Positions 51,456-64,000 of a stretch of 64,000 nt of DNA are shown here, piece after piece (the stretch's first letter is position 1; each line of letters opens with the position of its first letter). Source of the stretch: Nemertoderma westbladi (taxonomy: Eukaryota > Animalia > Xenacoelomorpha); the NCBI GenBank assembly GCA_032718475.1, contig JAUCBJ010001352.1, positions 1-64,000 of the forward strand, read 5' to 3'. The position numbers and the translations under genes were made by a program. The notes under the pieces were generated by a model, which saw only the letters and a program-made list of their open reading frames with translations, had not been told where the DNA came from and did not search any database.

Positions 51456-52768
51456 GATGTAACGGTATATGGTAAATACTGGAAATGAAATCAATTGTAT
51501 CAGTACCGGTACCAGTATATTGTCGATATTAATTAAAGTGTGGATTTTAAATGTAAATTATACCGGCACAATTTTTTATAAGACATATACAAACAGTATC
51601 ATCATATACCGGTATATATATCACAAATCGAAATGTACATATATATATATCAAAAATCGAAATGTACATATATATATATATCAAATATCGAAATGTACAA
51701 GTATCTGCTAAAGATAGAGTTGGAAAATCAGCCTGAAATACGAAACATGCAGTGTAATGTAAACTAAAGCGTACCGGTACTGTTGTAGGGAAATTTCTAT
51801 CTGGCTGCTGGTCTGTCAGTAAGTTACAGTACGGGACAATCCGACAATTGCTATTGCCACTCGAGGAAAATGCAAAATAAATAAGGTCGTTCCTATCTAG
51901 CTCCCAATCTAGCTAGTTACATACCGTACCACATTAAGCTCCCAATCTAGCTAGTTACCTACCGTACCACTTTAAATAAATTTTTATATAGCTAAGCATA
52001 TTTCATATACCAGTATACCGCTACCGGTACTTAGATTAATAAATTCATGTTTGCTTATTTATCTGCTCAATAATTCCGATAGGCCTATGCAATAAAATTT
52101 AGATTGCAATAAAAATAAAATGCTAACGTAATGATAATGAAACCATAAAATTATGTACCGGTATAAAAAGCTTTAGAAGCATAAGGTCAATCAAATTGTT
52201 CTAGAAAAAATCTTGGATATTCTGAATTTGAATACCGGTACTGGAATAGGCCTACCATACTGCCATATGCCGTGTATGGCAGTATGGTATCACTACAGCA
52301 CTAGCACATAAAAATTAATACCGGTAGTTTAGAAATTATGATTAAGGTAAGGTAATATTGGCAGTTGATTGATCATCACAAAAATTGAGAATATTACTGA
52401 CTTACGCGGCCCAGGCTGCAAACCACCAGTGAACCGTGTGGCAGCGTGCACAATAAATATTATTATTGCTGTATTGCAATCCTGCACTCGCACTATGCAG
52501 CTATTGTAGGCCTACTCCAGTAGCCTCCAGTACCCCTTCAGTCCTTTAAATAGGAGTTGTTTCAAAAGTCAATTGTTCAAACCAATATAAAACATAAAAA
52601 CCATGATTCTGGATTCAGGAGAATTTCCGTAGTCGCTATGCTCGCAATTTAATTACCGGTACATAAAACAGTCGGTAGACCTACTGGCTAACTGACTTAC
52701 CTACTGCTGTACTGCTACTACAATAGGCCTACTACTGTACTAGGCCCTATATATATACCAGGCCGTGT

Positions 52769-54232
52769 ATGTCTGATACACAATGGACTACTTTACAAAC
52801 ACCAAACTTAGATGAATCAGAACTTCTTTGCTGTTTTCAAGATAACTACTTGAGCCTCGACCAACCAACTCGCCTCTGTGAAGGCAACACTCCACGAATC
52901 TTGGACCTAGTCCTAACATCTGAGTGTGACATGGTTGATAACATTTCCTATACATCACCCCTTGGCGCGAGTGACCATGTTGTACTGGAGATAAGTTTGA
53001 CCATGGCTGCAAGTCCACCACCAGTTGCAACAGAATATAAAGTATTATCCAAAGCAAACTATAGCGCAATGGCGACCTATATCAAGTCTTTCAACTGGAT
53101 AGAAATTCTATCTCCAATGGATACTACAGAGGCATGTGCGATTTTATATGAAACTCTTGACTATTGTATTCATAACTACACACCCGTTAAAAAATATCGA
53201 TCACACAACTACCCAAAATGGATGACTAAGGATGTCCGCAAGGTCATTGCACTGAAAAAATCTGCATGGCGAAACTTCCGCAGAACAGATTCAACTTCTG
53301 CCTACAACAAGTACAAACAAAGACGCAATATTTGCAACGCTATTGTAATAAAATCCAAACAAGATTACGAGCGCTCAGTAGCATTGGCAGCCAGCAAAGA
53401 CCCTAAACAGTTCTTCTGGTCAGTTGTGCGGTCTAAAACGAAGTCTCGTGGTACAATAGCTTCACTGAAAGACAAACAAGGTAATATTGCAACATCTAAC
53501 ATCGATAAAGCAGAAGCTTTGAATCAGCATTATTTTTCTACATTTACTACCGAGGACACAGATACTGTTCCTGATATATCGAACTCCGTGCCAGAAGCAA
53601 AAATTAGCTCAGTAGAATTTACACCAAATGTAGTCGAAGACGCTGCATCACAAATAAATGCATCGGGGGCCCCTGGTCCTGATGGAATCTTCCCCATACT
53701 GATAGTGACACTCATTTCTGTGTTGGCTCTACCCCTCTCCATTATTTTTCAGAAGTCATTAAATAGTGGTGTTGTCCCGCAACCTTGGAAGGAAGCAAAC
53801 ATTACCCCCATATTCAAGCGCGGAGTACGCTACCTCCCTATCAACTATCGGCCAGTTAGCTTGACCTCAACCCTCTGCAAACTGATGGAAAGAATAATAG
53901 CCAATAACTTATACTCTTTCTGGAAAGAATTCTCACTGCTGGCCATGGCACAGTACGGATTTCAAAAAGGAAAGTCGTGCACTATTCAACTCATCGACGT
54001 CGTTTTCCAATGGGCCAAGGCCCTGGACGAAGGTAAATGTATAGATGTTGCATACCTGGATTTCCTGAAAGCCTTCGACACTGTTCCTCACCAACGATTG
54101 CTAAAAAAGATGGTGAAAATGGGGATTTCTGGTTCACTACTTGTATGGCTTAAGTCGTTCATTATAGGTCGGTCACAACGAGTTGTAGTTGGCGGGGTTC
54201 ATTCTAAATGGGTCCCGGTACCCAGCTATTAG
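52769..54232 (+). mobile_element. CR1-like LINE ORF2 internal fragment (end of endonuclease plus first half of RT)
   Basis: LDLVLT, PLGASDH, APGPDGI, NYRPVSLTS, QYGF..GKSC and YLDFLKAFDTVPH; the frame ends before the PQG and (Y/F)ADD motifs. Confidence 0.93.
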
Positions 54233-55074
54233 CTGATTAGTGTTCAGTGGTAACATTTCTGCTGCCGTTCGTCTTTTTACTGTTTTATGTTAAAATACTG
54301 TTGGCCTAGTGCAGTCTTAGCAACTGATACATTATATAATTATTGAAAAATTTCATGGTCAATGATTGGTGCGCCCTATTGAAAAGTTTTACATGTACGC
54401 CAAACACGTTCGCCGCAGCATTTCAACTTGCGCCAGGATCTGGCGCAGAAATGCAGAAATGTGCTACGCCGGGTTGCCGGTTAAGGTGCTGAAAGGGCTG
54501 GCTGGCTGGCGCCCTGGCGCAGGCCGCAGAGATATCCAATGAACTGATAATGACGGACAGACGGATGTGCAATGTGCTGCGCCTGGGCAGCCAGTATAGC
54601 ACTGTAGCATCGTCAATGACTGAATAATAGAGAAGAGAGATGCTGCGCTCCGCGCGATTTTTGAATTGCATTGGCAGATTGGTCTGTTGGTGGCGTAGCT
54701 TTGCATCAACTGATCAAGCCGGAGCAGGTAAAATAAAACTTTTCAATACAGCAATAGGCAGATATGGTTGGCCCGCATTGCAGCATTTAATGTCATACCG
54801 GTATGGCTGGGGTCAGGGGGTGCTCTTCACTTTAACAAGTGCTGTCATGCATGCGGTCCGCTTTTTGTCAGTATTGCAGGTTGCAGCTGCAGGGGGGGGG
54901 GGGCAGGCGCAGGGGGGGGGGGGGGGTGGTGGTCGGGGAGACAGGGCTGCAGCCGGCAGGGAAAGGGTGGAGCAGTCTGGCAGTGGCAGAGTGGAGTGCA
55001 GGGCTGCTGTAGTCCGGTCAGTCTGTCAGTAGGGAGTCTGGTCTGCTAACTGCTGGTGGCTCTGTGGCTGGGAA

Positions 55075-55206
55075 TACCATGGTACTGGTACTACTGCAGT
55101 ACGGTACTGTACTACTGTCAGCGTGTCAGGTCAGCGTTTCAGTCTGTACTACTACTGCTGTACTGTACTGCAGTACTGCTGTACTGTACCCTGTACTGCT
55201 GTACGC
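55075..55206. repeat. (TACTG/CTG)-rich low-complexity tract
   Basis: Direct reading. Confidence 0.8.
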
Positions 55207-55288
55207 TGCACTCTGCACCCCTCCCCACCACTGAACAGTGCACAACGCCCACACACAATTTTTCAGCCCCGAGCCCCACAAAATTGGA

Positions 55289-55785
55289 CATAGATAGATA
55301 GATAGATTTATTTATACATTATGTAAAAACAATAACAAATACACCAAACAATGTACCGGTATAAAGGTATTGTCCAACATAACATATAGGATTACCCCTA
55401 AAGCTTTGCAGCTTATTTCCAAGGGGGTCCTTTATGTTACTGGGTTACAAATACAATATTACACTACGCTAACCTAAAACCAATATAAAACGTAATTACA
55501 CTATGTACATGTACAACTTTACCGAGAGCGTGACAATGCCCGACTCAACGATAAAGATGTAATGTACAGAACAATTTATTATAAAACGTAATTACAGTAT
55601 AAATAGTAATTAATTAATAAACTAATAACTTACTGTAGGACTATTGTACCTATTTTTACATTGCACACGGAGGTGAGATTTAACTGCAGATTTAAAAGAA
55701 TGTGGATTATCTAGGTTTTTAATTTCATTAGGCAAAGCGTTCCAATTTTTAATGCCGTTAAAAAAGAAAGGACATTTCTGACTGA
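55289..55785 (-). mobile_element. L2/CR1-type LINE 3' end with UTR and (CTAT)n tail
   Basis: FFFNGIKNWNALPNEIK...SFKSAVKSHL, then a UTR ending AATAAATCTATCTATCTAT. Confidence 0.75.
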
Positions 55786-55942
55786 CTGATATTGCAATTG
55801 GGGGACAAAATCCGCGAAAGAGGACCAAATCCGCTCAGCCGGTGGCAGATTTCGTCCTACTGTCCTAGGGAGACCATATCCACAAGCAGATCCGGTCGGC
55901 TCGGGGGGTTGGGGTATTCCCATTCCTTACACCAGTAGGAAC

Positions 55943-56317
55943 TAGAGATGTCCCGGATCCGGTAATGATCCGGCAGAAATTTGTGAAATATCTGGATCCA
56001 GATCCGGTTTTTATTCGGATCCAATTATAATTACTGTACTTATGAATATTAATTGATAATGACTGTATGTTGGTATTTAAATCAATGTAAATATAAAATC
56101 CCAATACATTTATTGTGAAAATTTGAATGTGAAAATGGTTATAAAAATATCACAAGTTAAATTATTAACGTGAACAATAATTTGTGTATCAACTTATGTA
56201 TCAAAATACTGATATACTGCAAGCATTATGGATCTGTGAATCCGGATCCGGACATAAAATTGAATATCCGGTTCCGGATCCGGAAATCTAAAAAAAGGAG
56301 GATCCGGGGCACCCTTA
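55943..56317. mobile_element. hAT-like MITE with 8-bp TSD
   Basis: GTAGGAAC on both flanks (55935-55942, 56318-56325); imperfect TIR TAGAGATGTCCCGGATCC / GGATCCGGGGCACCCTTA; many internal (G)GATCC motifs. Confidence 0.85.
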
Positions 56318-56828
56318 GTAGGAACACCCCTTGAATTAGAGCTTGGGATTGGTTAATAAACTATTAGTATTATTATTATTTCCTTTTAATGCAGGATAGT
56401 TAAACAGATGGAATTAACGGTAAAGTACAACACTCACAATATAGATATATAGCACAACAAATAATATTATAATTTGTATTAAATTATGAATTAAGTACAG
56501 TAGAATAATCCTAAGTAGACCTACTGTCTTACCAAGCACGAGCGTTATTCAACATAAATATAATGCGAGATAGACCATTAATATAACATGTATTTCGGAT
56601 TGCACATTAATAGAATTCCTAGAAACATCGATGAGTTTAAATAAACTTGATACGGATTTATTTCGAATGTGCATAAACATGGTAAGTTAAAAGTACCGAA
56701 AGCAGCAGACATACTAGTCGGTTCATCGTTAGTCAACCTGGGTAGATGGAAATCCAGTATACTAATAATATACTAATAATCCTATATGGACTATTATTTG
56801 ATTAGACATTGAAATCATCTAAGGAATA

Positions 56829-57389
56829 GAGAGAGGGGTCGAACTAGAGTAAGGATTTTTTCATATAGTGCCGACGAGTAGCTCTTAAAGAGGAATTAAG
56901 CGGATGCCTGCTGGCCGACCTCATAGTACTGATAAAACACAAGGCGCGAAAAGCAACCTAGAAATGTAACGCTAAACATAAGGGCAAATCGAATAGATGC
57001 TAAACGACATTAGAAAAATTAAGGATTAGTTTTTCATTGGAGTTTTTATATTTACAAATTTTGAAATGCTTTTAAATATTTATTTAAAATGAATAATATC
57101 CCATATTAAATACTATCAATAAAACTACTTATTATTACCTATTATCTATTCGATCAGAAAACTCAAGGAGAAAATGGTCTATAAAACGAATCCTTACAAT
57201 ATTATATCCACGGTTAATATATGTAATGTATATTGTTATTCATATATATTTTTACTGTTAACCTGACAATGAACCGTTTAATAGGCAGATAATCCTTACA
57301 TGATTTCACCCAATTTCCCCATTCCATACAGCGTTTGGAATACTTTCTACCTGCCCCTTACACTATGTATGTAGTTCGACCCCTCTCTC
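56829..57389. mobile_element. Candidate MITE (18-bp perfect TIR)
   Basis: GAGAGAGGGGTCGAACTA ... TAGTTCGACCCCTCTCTC; no clear TSD. Confidence 0.55.
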
Positions 57390-58220
57390 CTCAGGTCAGG
57401 TCAGGTATTCTAGGTCATTGATCAAGAAAACTTGCCACCTCCATGCAGCATAAAGGTGGTGCCACCTGTAGCTGCATAGACCCTCTTACTAGGGCAAATC
57501 TGGTCCTGTAACTAGGACCCCCTTCGTTCTGGGATAAGGACGCCCTCGGTCCTTGATTAAGGACCCATATACTTGGCTGCAGGAGTATATGGCCTGGCCC
57601 GGCAGATGATGATCTACCAATGGCTGGTCAGGAGTAGAGTGTTCTCATGTCCACTCTGAGTGCACTTCACTGCGACCTGTACCTGGCAGCAGGGGTACAG
57701 GGCATGACCCAGCAGATGAGCTGCACATCCAATGGTGGGTCATTTACGCCAGAGTAGATATGGGTGATGGGCCTCATATCTGACTCCACTGCGACACCCA
57801 CCCTGTGGAATGGCAAACCAGGGTGTTGTATTTGCCCCGAGAGCTGAGAGAGCGATCCTCTCTCTTTTCCCAATGATTTCAACATCCAATCAAAATATAG
57901 TTGATCAACCAATCCCAAGCGCCGACACAGCCGGCACAGCATTCTTAAAAATGCAGCTGCAATGCAGCATGCCGATCCTATCTTTTGTGTATTTTAATTA
58001 ATAGATTTTAACTATTCCTATGTACTCCTTATTGTTGCTGTGAAGTGCGGTATCATTTTATTGTAATAAATGTCGATATCTATCTGTATTCCCGTCCCTA
58101 GTAGTAGTAGTAGTAGTAGTAGTAGTAGCAAGCGCCGATTCAAGATAAGATTTTCTAGTAGTGTAAGGATTGGGAATGCGCGTCGGGGGGGGGGGGGGGG
58201 ATTCTTCAGGGGACTGAATT

Positions 58221-59000
58221 ACAAGCGGGTCCATGGAGTGCAGATTTAGTTGCTGAATGGCTCCCACGGGTAATTTGAATTTCACTTGTTCCAATTTCGG
58301 CACTAGCCTAGGCCTACTGTCAGACTTCTGGACCTGTATACAGATTAACGATTATGGTACCGGTATCAAATTAGAATTTAAATTGTTTCGGTTTCGGCTT
58401 TAGCTCTATTTTATCAGAATATCTGTACATTTAACCAACGCGAATTTACAGTATTAATTATGTTTTTTACCGGTCAGCCGAGCCGGTGTACAAGGCTGAG
58501 ATAACTCACTCTTGAAATGACTCCCCAGTCATCTCAGCCTAGGCTGAGAACACTCATCAGTCGTCTCAGCCTAGGCTGAGAACACTCCCCAGTTATATCA
58601 GCCTAGGCTGAGATGACTCCCCTTAGGCTGAGATGACTCCTATAATTGAGTTATAATTAATATCCGTGCCTGTGTTATTTTCGTATATTGCAAAAATAAA
58701 ACTGTTAATTAAGAAATCTAGGGAGAAAACTGGGGAGTGTTCTCAGCCTAGGCTGAGACGACTGGGGAGTCATATTTGGCGGGGAGTTATCTCAGCCTGT
58801 TACACCGGTAATGTTGATTCTGGAATATGGAAGAAAGTACCAGTGCTTCCTTGGAAGACGTTTCTGGTTTAGTTGCGATATTTGTAACATTGCCTTCTCG
58901 CGAACTTCAAATTTAATTTAATTTTATTGGAACAAGTTAAATTCAAATTTCCCGCGGGACCCATTCAGCAATTAAATATGTACTCCATGGACCCGCTTGT
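58221..59000. mobile_element. MITE with ~60-bp TIRs containing a nested MITE
   Basis: ACAAGCGGGTCCATGGAGT...TGCTGAATGG pairs with CCATTCAGCA...ACTCCATGGACCCGCTTGT. Confidence 0.75.
58483..58808. mobile_element. Nested MITE with internal palindromic repeats
   Basis: CCGGTGTACAAGGCTGAGATAACTC ... GAGTTATCTCAGCCTGTTACACCGG; internal TCTCAGCCTAGGCTGAGA repeats. Confidence 0.75.
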
Positions 59001-60663
59001 GACTGAATCCGCTGTCACACTGGTTCAGTGCTGTCTGTCCATAATACTGTAGTGTAGCGGTTCTCCTGTCGGATGTCACGGCCACCATCAGAACGATTTC
59101 GCCATTCAAGTGCGTCTAAAAAAAATGTTTTTTTTCGATCCCTCCTGAATTACTAAACTACATATTTAAATCTTTCGGCTAAAGATATATACTGCATGTA
59201 ATGTTCGCCATGATGCCCTGCCCCGTATGTATGTTATGGGCGGTCACCAAGCTTGAGTCAGGCCCTGCGAGCGAACCAATGTACTACGGAGCTATTAGGC
59301 AGCCAACTTGGACACGATAGCTCTGTTTGCTTTTATATTTTTCGCTCCACATATTTATTATAGATGTAGGATGCTTTTTTTTATGGAGAGAGAATGCCTC
59401 AAATCTTTCCAGATAGGCGGGAAGAGGGGGAGACTGGACGCAATAAAAATTCATCCCTCTCCAGGGAAAATTCGACACAAATAACAGCTGCTTACTCACA
59501 AAAATAAAACTGTAACCTCTAACCTGTTCTATTGTATATAGTTTATTATTTTGGTTAAAATAACGTGCAACTGTAACCTGCTCCTTTCCCTAAATTTAGA
59601 ATTTGACATTGAGGCGGAATATTGATTCGCCAAGATGGGATTTGCGTCCAGTCACACCACCCCCCCCCCCCCCCCCCCCCCCCATGTCTCCTCCCCCCCC
59701 CCATATTTCCCTTCAAAGAGTAACTTTATAGAGCTTACTGTAGTGGCGGTGTTGAGCTTCAGTTGGTGGCAAAACGGTACGAAACTCAATAATATCTTTG
59801 TCTCGTATTTCCTAAACACGACGAAGTTTCTGTTATTCCGTTCAACATATATAACAACAACCTCAATAACATTCGAGTTCGAAATAACATTAGAGGTCGA
59901 ATTCATAATTTCAAATATCTCTTTGTGGCATCATGCAATTCATTCCTCTGTGAGATATAAAACAGGTTTACGTAACTTGCTTTACAAAGTGTTTGGATTT
60001 CAAAATCCGTTTATCGCAGGTGGATTATATACCATGGTCGTACTCTATTAGTCTGGTAATTTAGTCAAAAATCCGATCTTATCATGCGTTGCGTTTTGCG
60101 GAGACCGGGTGTCGGTTAGTGTTAGTGACGTCATATTACCCCAATCTGTAACCGAGGAAGCGGCCGATATACAGTTTCGTTTAGGGGGTCTGGCACCTCC
60201 ACGCCACCTCCGAACTGTGTGAACGATTCGCGTTCAGTTCCCTGACTCCATCCTAATTGGTAGAAATCTCTTGTAATGGAGAAATTCGATTGGACCCAAA
60301 AGCAAAAGAAATCGACCTTACCACCAACCAACTAAGGACCTTATATCACAATATCTATGACTTCTATTTAAGTGTAGTTGTTAGATTGTGTTTTATATAA
60401 TATTAATGTTATTATAATTATTTGTCAAGTTATGTGGTATAATCGCATCTCAATAACTAATTTAACAAACTGAACCTGAAATAAAAATTATGAAATAATT
60501 GGTAAGACAGCCACTTTTGGCGGAAAGGTTTAAATTTTGAAGGCATTTAATTATCTCAGAATGATATTTTTCATTTTTCCAAATACTACTCCTCCGCCAT
60601 TTTTAACCAATTTTCTTTATTTTTGGCAATTCTATTTCTGCCAGAACAACTTGGTACAATAAC

Positions 60664-60855
60664 ACCCGCGCATTAAAGCCGGGAGATCACGTGCTGTTAG
60701 CGGAAGTGAATCTAAAAAGACGCTTCTGGATAACAGGTGTAATTTTAGCCACACATCCATCTATGGATGGAGTGACAAGAACTGTGACAGTACGGACAAT
60801 TGACGGTCGTACAGTAGACAGACCGACTCAACGTCTCGTACTTCTTGAAGAGACT
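60664..60855 (+). mobile_element. BEL/Pao LTR retrotransposon pol C-terminal fragment (DUF5641-like)
   Basis: LKPGDHVLL...WITGVILATHPSMDGVTRTVTVRT...RPTQRLVLLE. Confidence 0.75.
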
Positions 60856-60914
60856 CGTAACGAGTCTGGAGACTACAAATCTCCAACTAATACCTTGTTA
60901 TATTAACGGACTGG

Positions 60915-61045
60915 GTGAACCTACCTCCACTTCTGAATTTAAAGGCCTTTGTTTTCATCATGTTTACAGTTAGTTTATTTTTGTTGAAGTATTTAGATTG
61001 TTTGTCTAGTGCTGCTTGGATGTCTTTTAGAGAATTTCCGTAAAT
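60915..61045 (-). mobile_element. LINE RT fragment
   Basis: KDIQAALDKQSKYFNKNKLTVNMMKTKAFKFRSGG resembles the segment after the (Y/F)ADD motif. Confidence 0.55.
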
Positions 61046-61728
61046 GGCTACAGTCCCAATCCCAATAAACATTAACTTGGTCGTTTTGGCGGCCAAAATG
61101 ACCAAAATCGCCAAAAAAATGTAGTGTATTCCTAGGGGCTACTTGGTCGTTTTGGCGAAGCGATTTAACTCAAATCAGCTAAGTCCAGACAGTCTGTCTC
61201 CTTGGCCATCCATTTGGTGGATCTGACTAAATGTCGGCTCGCTTTCATTTTTATAATTGACAGATTGTTAACTTACCCGGCGCTGAGCCTTGCAGTACTG
61301 GAGTCCGCCCACTCAGGCATTGATAGAGTACACAGTCTTATAAAAGGAGTTGAAGGGGGCTTTGTTAAAGGAGGAGTATGTATAATAATCTGAACGTCCC
61401 GAAATTAATTTATGGACGTCCCGAAATTAACTTATGGACGTCCCGAAATTAATTTATGGACGTCCCAAAATTAATCTATCAACCAATTAGAATCGTAATG
61501 AAATAACTAATTAATGGACGTCCATAAATTAATTTCGGGATGTTAATTTCGGAAATTAATTTCAATAATATTTTTTTTTATAATAAAATTTTTTTTTAAT
61601 ATTTTTTTACAATGTATAATTCGCGGACACTGCGGGGTGACTACAAAACAAAGACCCAATTATAACGACCTACATAATCTTGTTACATGTGTTAACTTTC
61701 GTTAATTGTTTTGAATCCCTCGTCACGC

Positions 61729-61935
61729 CTCTGTAACTTTCTCCTTTACTAACCTGCTCCTTTAAATAGCAATGGTACATAACGCTCATTGTGACCTGTA
61801 CAAAACAAAGAGGTAAAGTCGCGTTACGTCCCAAAGAGCGTTAGGTTCCAAACAGCTTTAGGTCCCATTGCCAGAGAGAGTGAGGTCACATTGCCATTTA
61901 AAGGAGCAGGTTAGTAAAGAAGCAGGTTACAGAGA
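61729..61935. mobile_element. MITE with ~45-bp TIRs
   Basis: CTCTGTAACTTTCTCCTTTACTAACCTGCTCCTTTAAATAGCAATG pairs with CATTGCCATTTAAAGGAGCAGGTTAGTAAAGAAGCAGGTTACAGAG. Confidence 0.75.
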
Positions 61936-62675
61936 AATTAAGAAAATTTCATTTTATTTTTTTTATTACAATTTCTTTATTATTTATTCGAAAGGGTTTC
62001 GGCAGTTCTTTAAAAGTTATCGGTTCGAATTTTTATATTTCTGTTTTTACAGCGAATTTTTCAGATTAGCCAAAAATTTTTTAAAATTTTGCCAAATATT
62101 AATAAATCTTAATTAATTTTCATAAAAACGCTACATTTAAATTTTAACCGATAACTTTTGTGGAGCTCACCTCGGTAATTCGAAAAAATTGTTTCAGCCA
62201 ATTTCACCTAAAATTGAATGACTAGTAGGATTTTAACCGATAATCGTGTTTCATTCAATGACAAGCGAGGGGGCGAATAGAAAGTTGAAAATTTTTCTAA
62301 CAAACAAATGTTCAGCCATATTTTAACAGCCCATACTGTATAAAATCAAATATTTAGTACGATTTTAGAAAAGGAGTGATTTATATATGAATTCCTGTTG
62401 CCATGGTGAAACATGGTCTTTTTAACCAACTTCCAACAATCCGATTTGTGCCGATTTTGGATATGTTGATAAGCAGAAAATTTGGACCTAGAAAATCTTC
62501 ATTTAAATTCTGTTGGAATTTTTCCGAGGTTGAGCCGTTTTTCCCTTTTTTTTAATGGACTAGTGGAGTGAAAGTCCCTAAATCTGGAAAACCCGTGAAA
62601 TAGTCCAATTAGTATCGATAGACTAATTAAGTTTCCAGACCAACAGAAATTAACATTTTATAATTTTATTAATTA

Positions 62676-64000
62676 ACTAGAAAGCCTGTGGCCCTTCGGG
62701 CCACAGCTTTCTAGTGCACGTGCAGATGATATATGAATATGTGTGGGAGATTGGAGAACTGCATACGGAACAGACACCATCATTAAATAAAACACCACCC
62801 CCATAAGAGATAACTGTCAAGTTTCAACTTTAGTCAGATTGTAAATAACAAAATTTCCAGAAAATGATCACTTTCAGATCCACCCTCTACCTGCGGACTG
62901 GTGAAATGCAGATGGCGCTGCAGTTTGGTAAAGATGGGGTTTATGGTGAAGTAAAATGCCTGCCTTTCAAGTTTCAGCTTAAACAGATTGTAAATAACAA
63001 AATTGGTGTAGATGTTCACATTCAGACTTCTAGCGGTAGACTGAAGAACTGTAGACGACTCTGGGACTCCGTAAAGATACAGAATATGCTGTAGTAGATT
63101 CCTGCCAAGTTTCAGCTCAAAGGGATTAAAGAGAACCAATTGGGATGAGGTGTTCACTATCAGACAATTCGCCCTCTAGCGGCAGATAGGGGAACTGTAT
63201 ACAACTCTGCGACTCCGTAAAGGTAGAGCCTATGCTGTAGTAGATGCCTACCAAGTTTCAGTCTAAACCGTTGGTAAATAACAAAGTTGGAGAAGATGTT
63301 AACTTTCAGACATTTCACCCTCTAGCGGTAGACTGGGGAAGTGTATACGACTCTGCAACTCCGTAAAGATAGAGCCTAGGATGTAGTAGATGCCTGCCAA
63401 GTTTCAGCTCAAAAGGATTAAAAAGAACCAAATGGGATGAGGTTTTCACTATCAGACAATTCGCCCTCTTGCGGCTGACTGTGGAACTGTAGACGACTCT
63501 ACTACTCCGCAAAGATATAGCCTATGCTATAGTAGATGCCTACCAAGTTTCAGTCTAAAAGGTTTGTAAATAACAAAGTTGGAGATGTTAAATTTCATAC
63601 ATTTCGCCCTCTAGCGGCAGACGCGGGTACTGTAGACAACTCTGCGCGACTCAGTAAAGATATAGCCTATGCTGTAGTAGATGCCTACCAAGTTCAGTCT
63701 AAATGGATTATAAATAACAAAGTTGGAGAAGATGTTAACTTGCAGACATTTCGCCCTCTAGCGGTAGACTGGGAAATTGTAGACGACTCTGCGACTCAGT
63801 AAAGATTCAGCCTATGCTGTAGTAGATGCCTACCAAGTTTCAGTCAAAACGGATTGTAAATAATAAAGTTGGAGAAGATGTTAACTCTCAGACATTTAGC
63901 CCTCTAACGGTAGACTGGGGAACTGTAGACAACCCAGTGACTCCGGAAATATACAGCCTATGCTGCAGTATATAGTTACCACGTTTCAGCTCAAAAGCAT
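62676..64000 (-). mobile_element. Helentron/Helitron-type non-autonomous element end carrying a ~146-bp tandem repeat (runs off the window)
   Basis: Terminal hairpin ACTAGAAAGCCTGTGGCCC-TTC-GGGCCACAGCTTTCTAGT (CTAGT end on minus). TGCTGTAGTAGATGCCTACCAAGTTTCAG-like motif recurs every ~146 bp from about 63087 to 63961. Confidence 0.65.

Noticed and set aside
51456-51494. ORF-track N-terminal extension of KDM4 ([13 protein letters not shown])
   Set aside because: Starts at a non-ATG codon and spans a splice acceptor; the ATG at 51455 fits the JmjN start.

Overview
AT-rich metazoan (invertebrate-type) genomic DNA, not prokaryotic; the taxon cannot be determined from this window. Three host genes lie on the minus strand. 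(1) The 5' half of an anoctamin/TMEM16 gene, largely missed by the ORF track and reconstructed here by hand from short GT-AG exons between 37238 and 425; it continues off the left edge. It shows up to four phase-compatible alternative N-terminal modules, two of them large paralogous repeat-rich exons inside a ~29.7 kb intron, and a tandemly duplicated pair of 96-nt exons that look mutually exclusive. (2) A divergent class II POU-homeodomain gene with an intronless CDS (43063-44364). (3) A KDM4/JMJD2 histone demethylase with an intronless CDS, no PHD/Tudor domains and two PxVxL motifs (48321-51455). The rest is large minisatellites, decayed RTE, CR1 and L2 LINEs, a tRNA-derived SINE family, Helentron-type non-autonomous elements, a mariner-like relic with nested insertions, MITEs and a BEL/Pao fragment. 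Most ORF-track entries are read-throughs of repeats. Family assignments rest on recalled motifs, not database searches.
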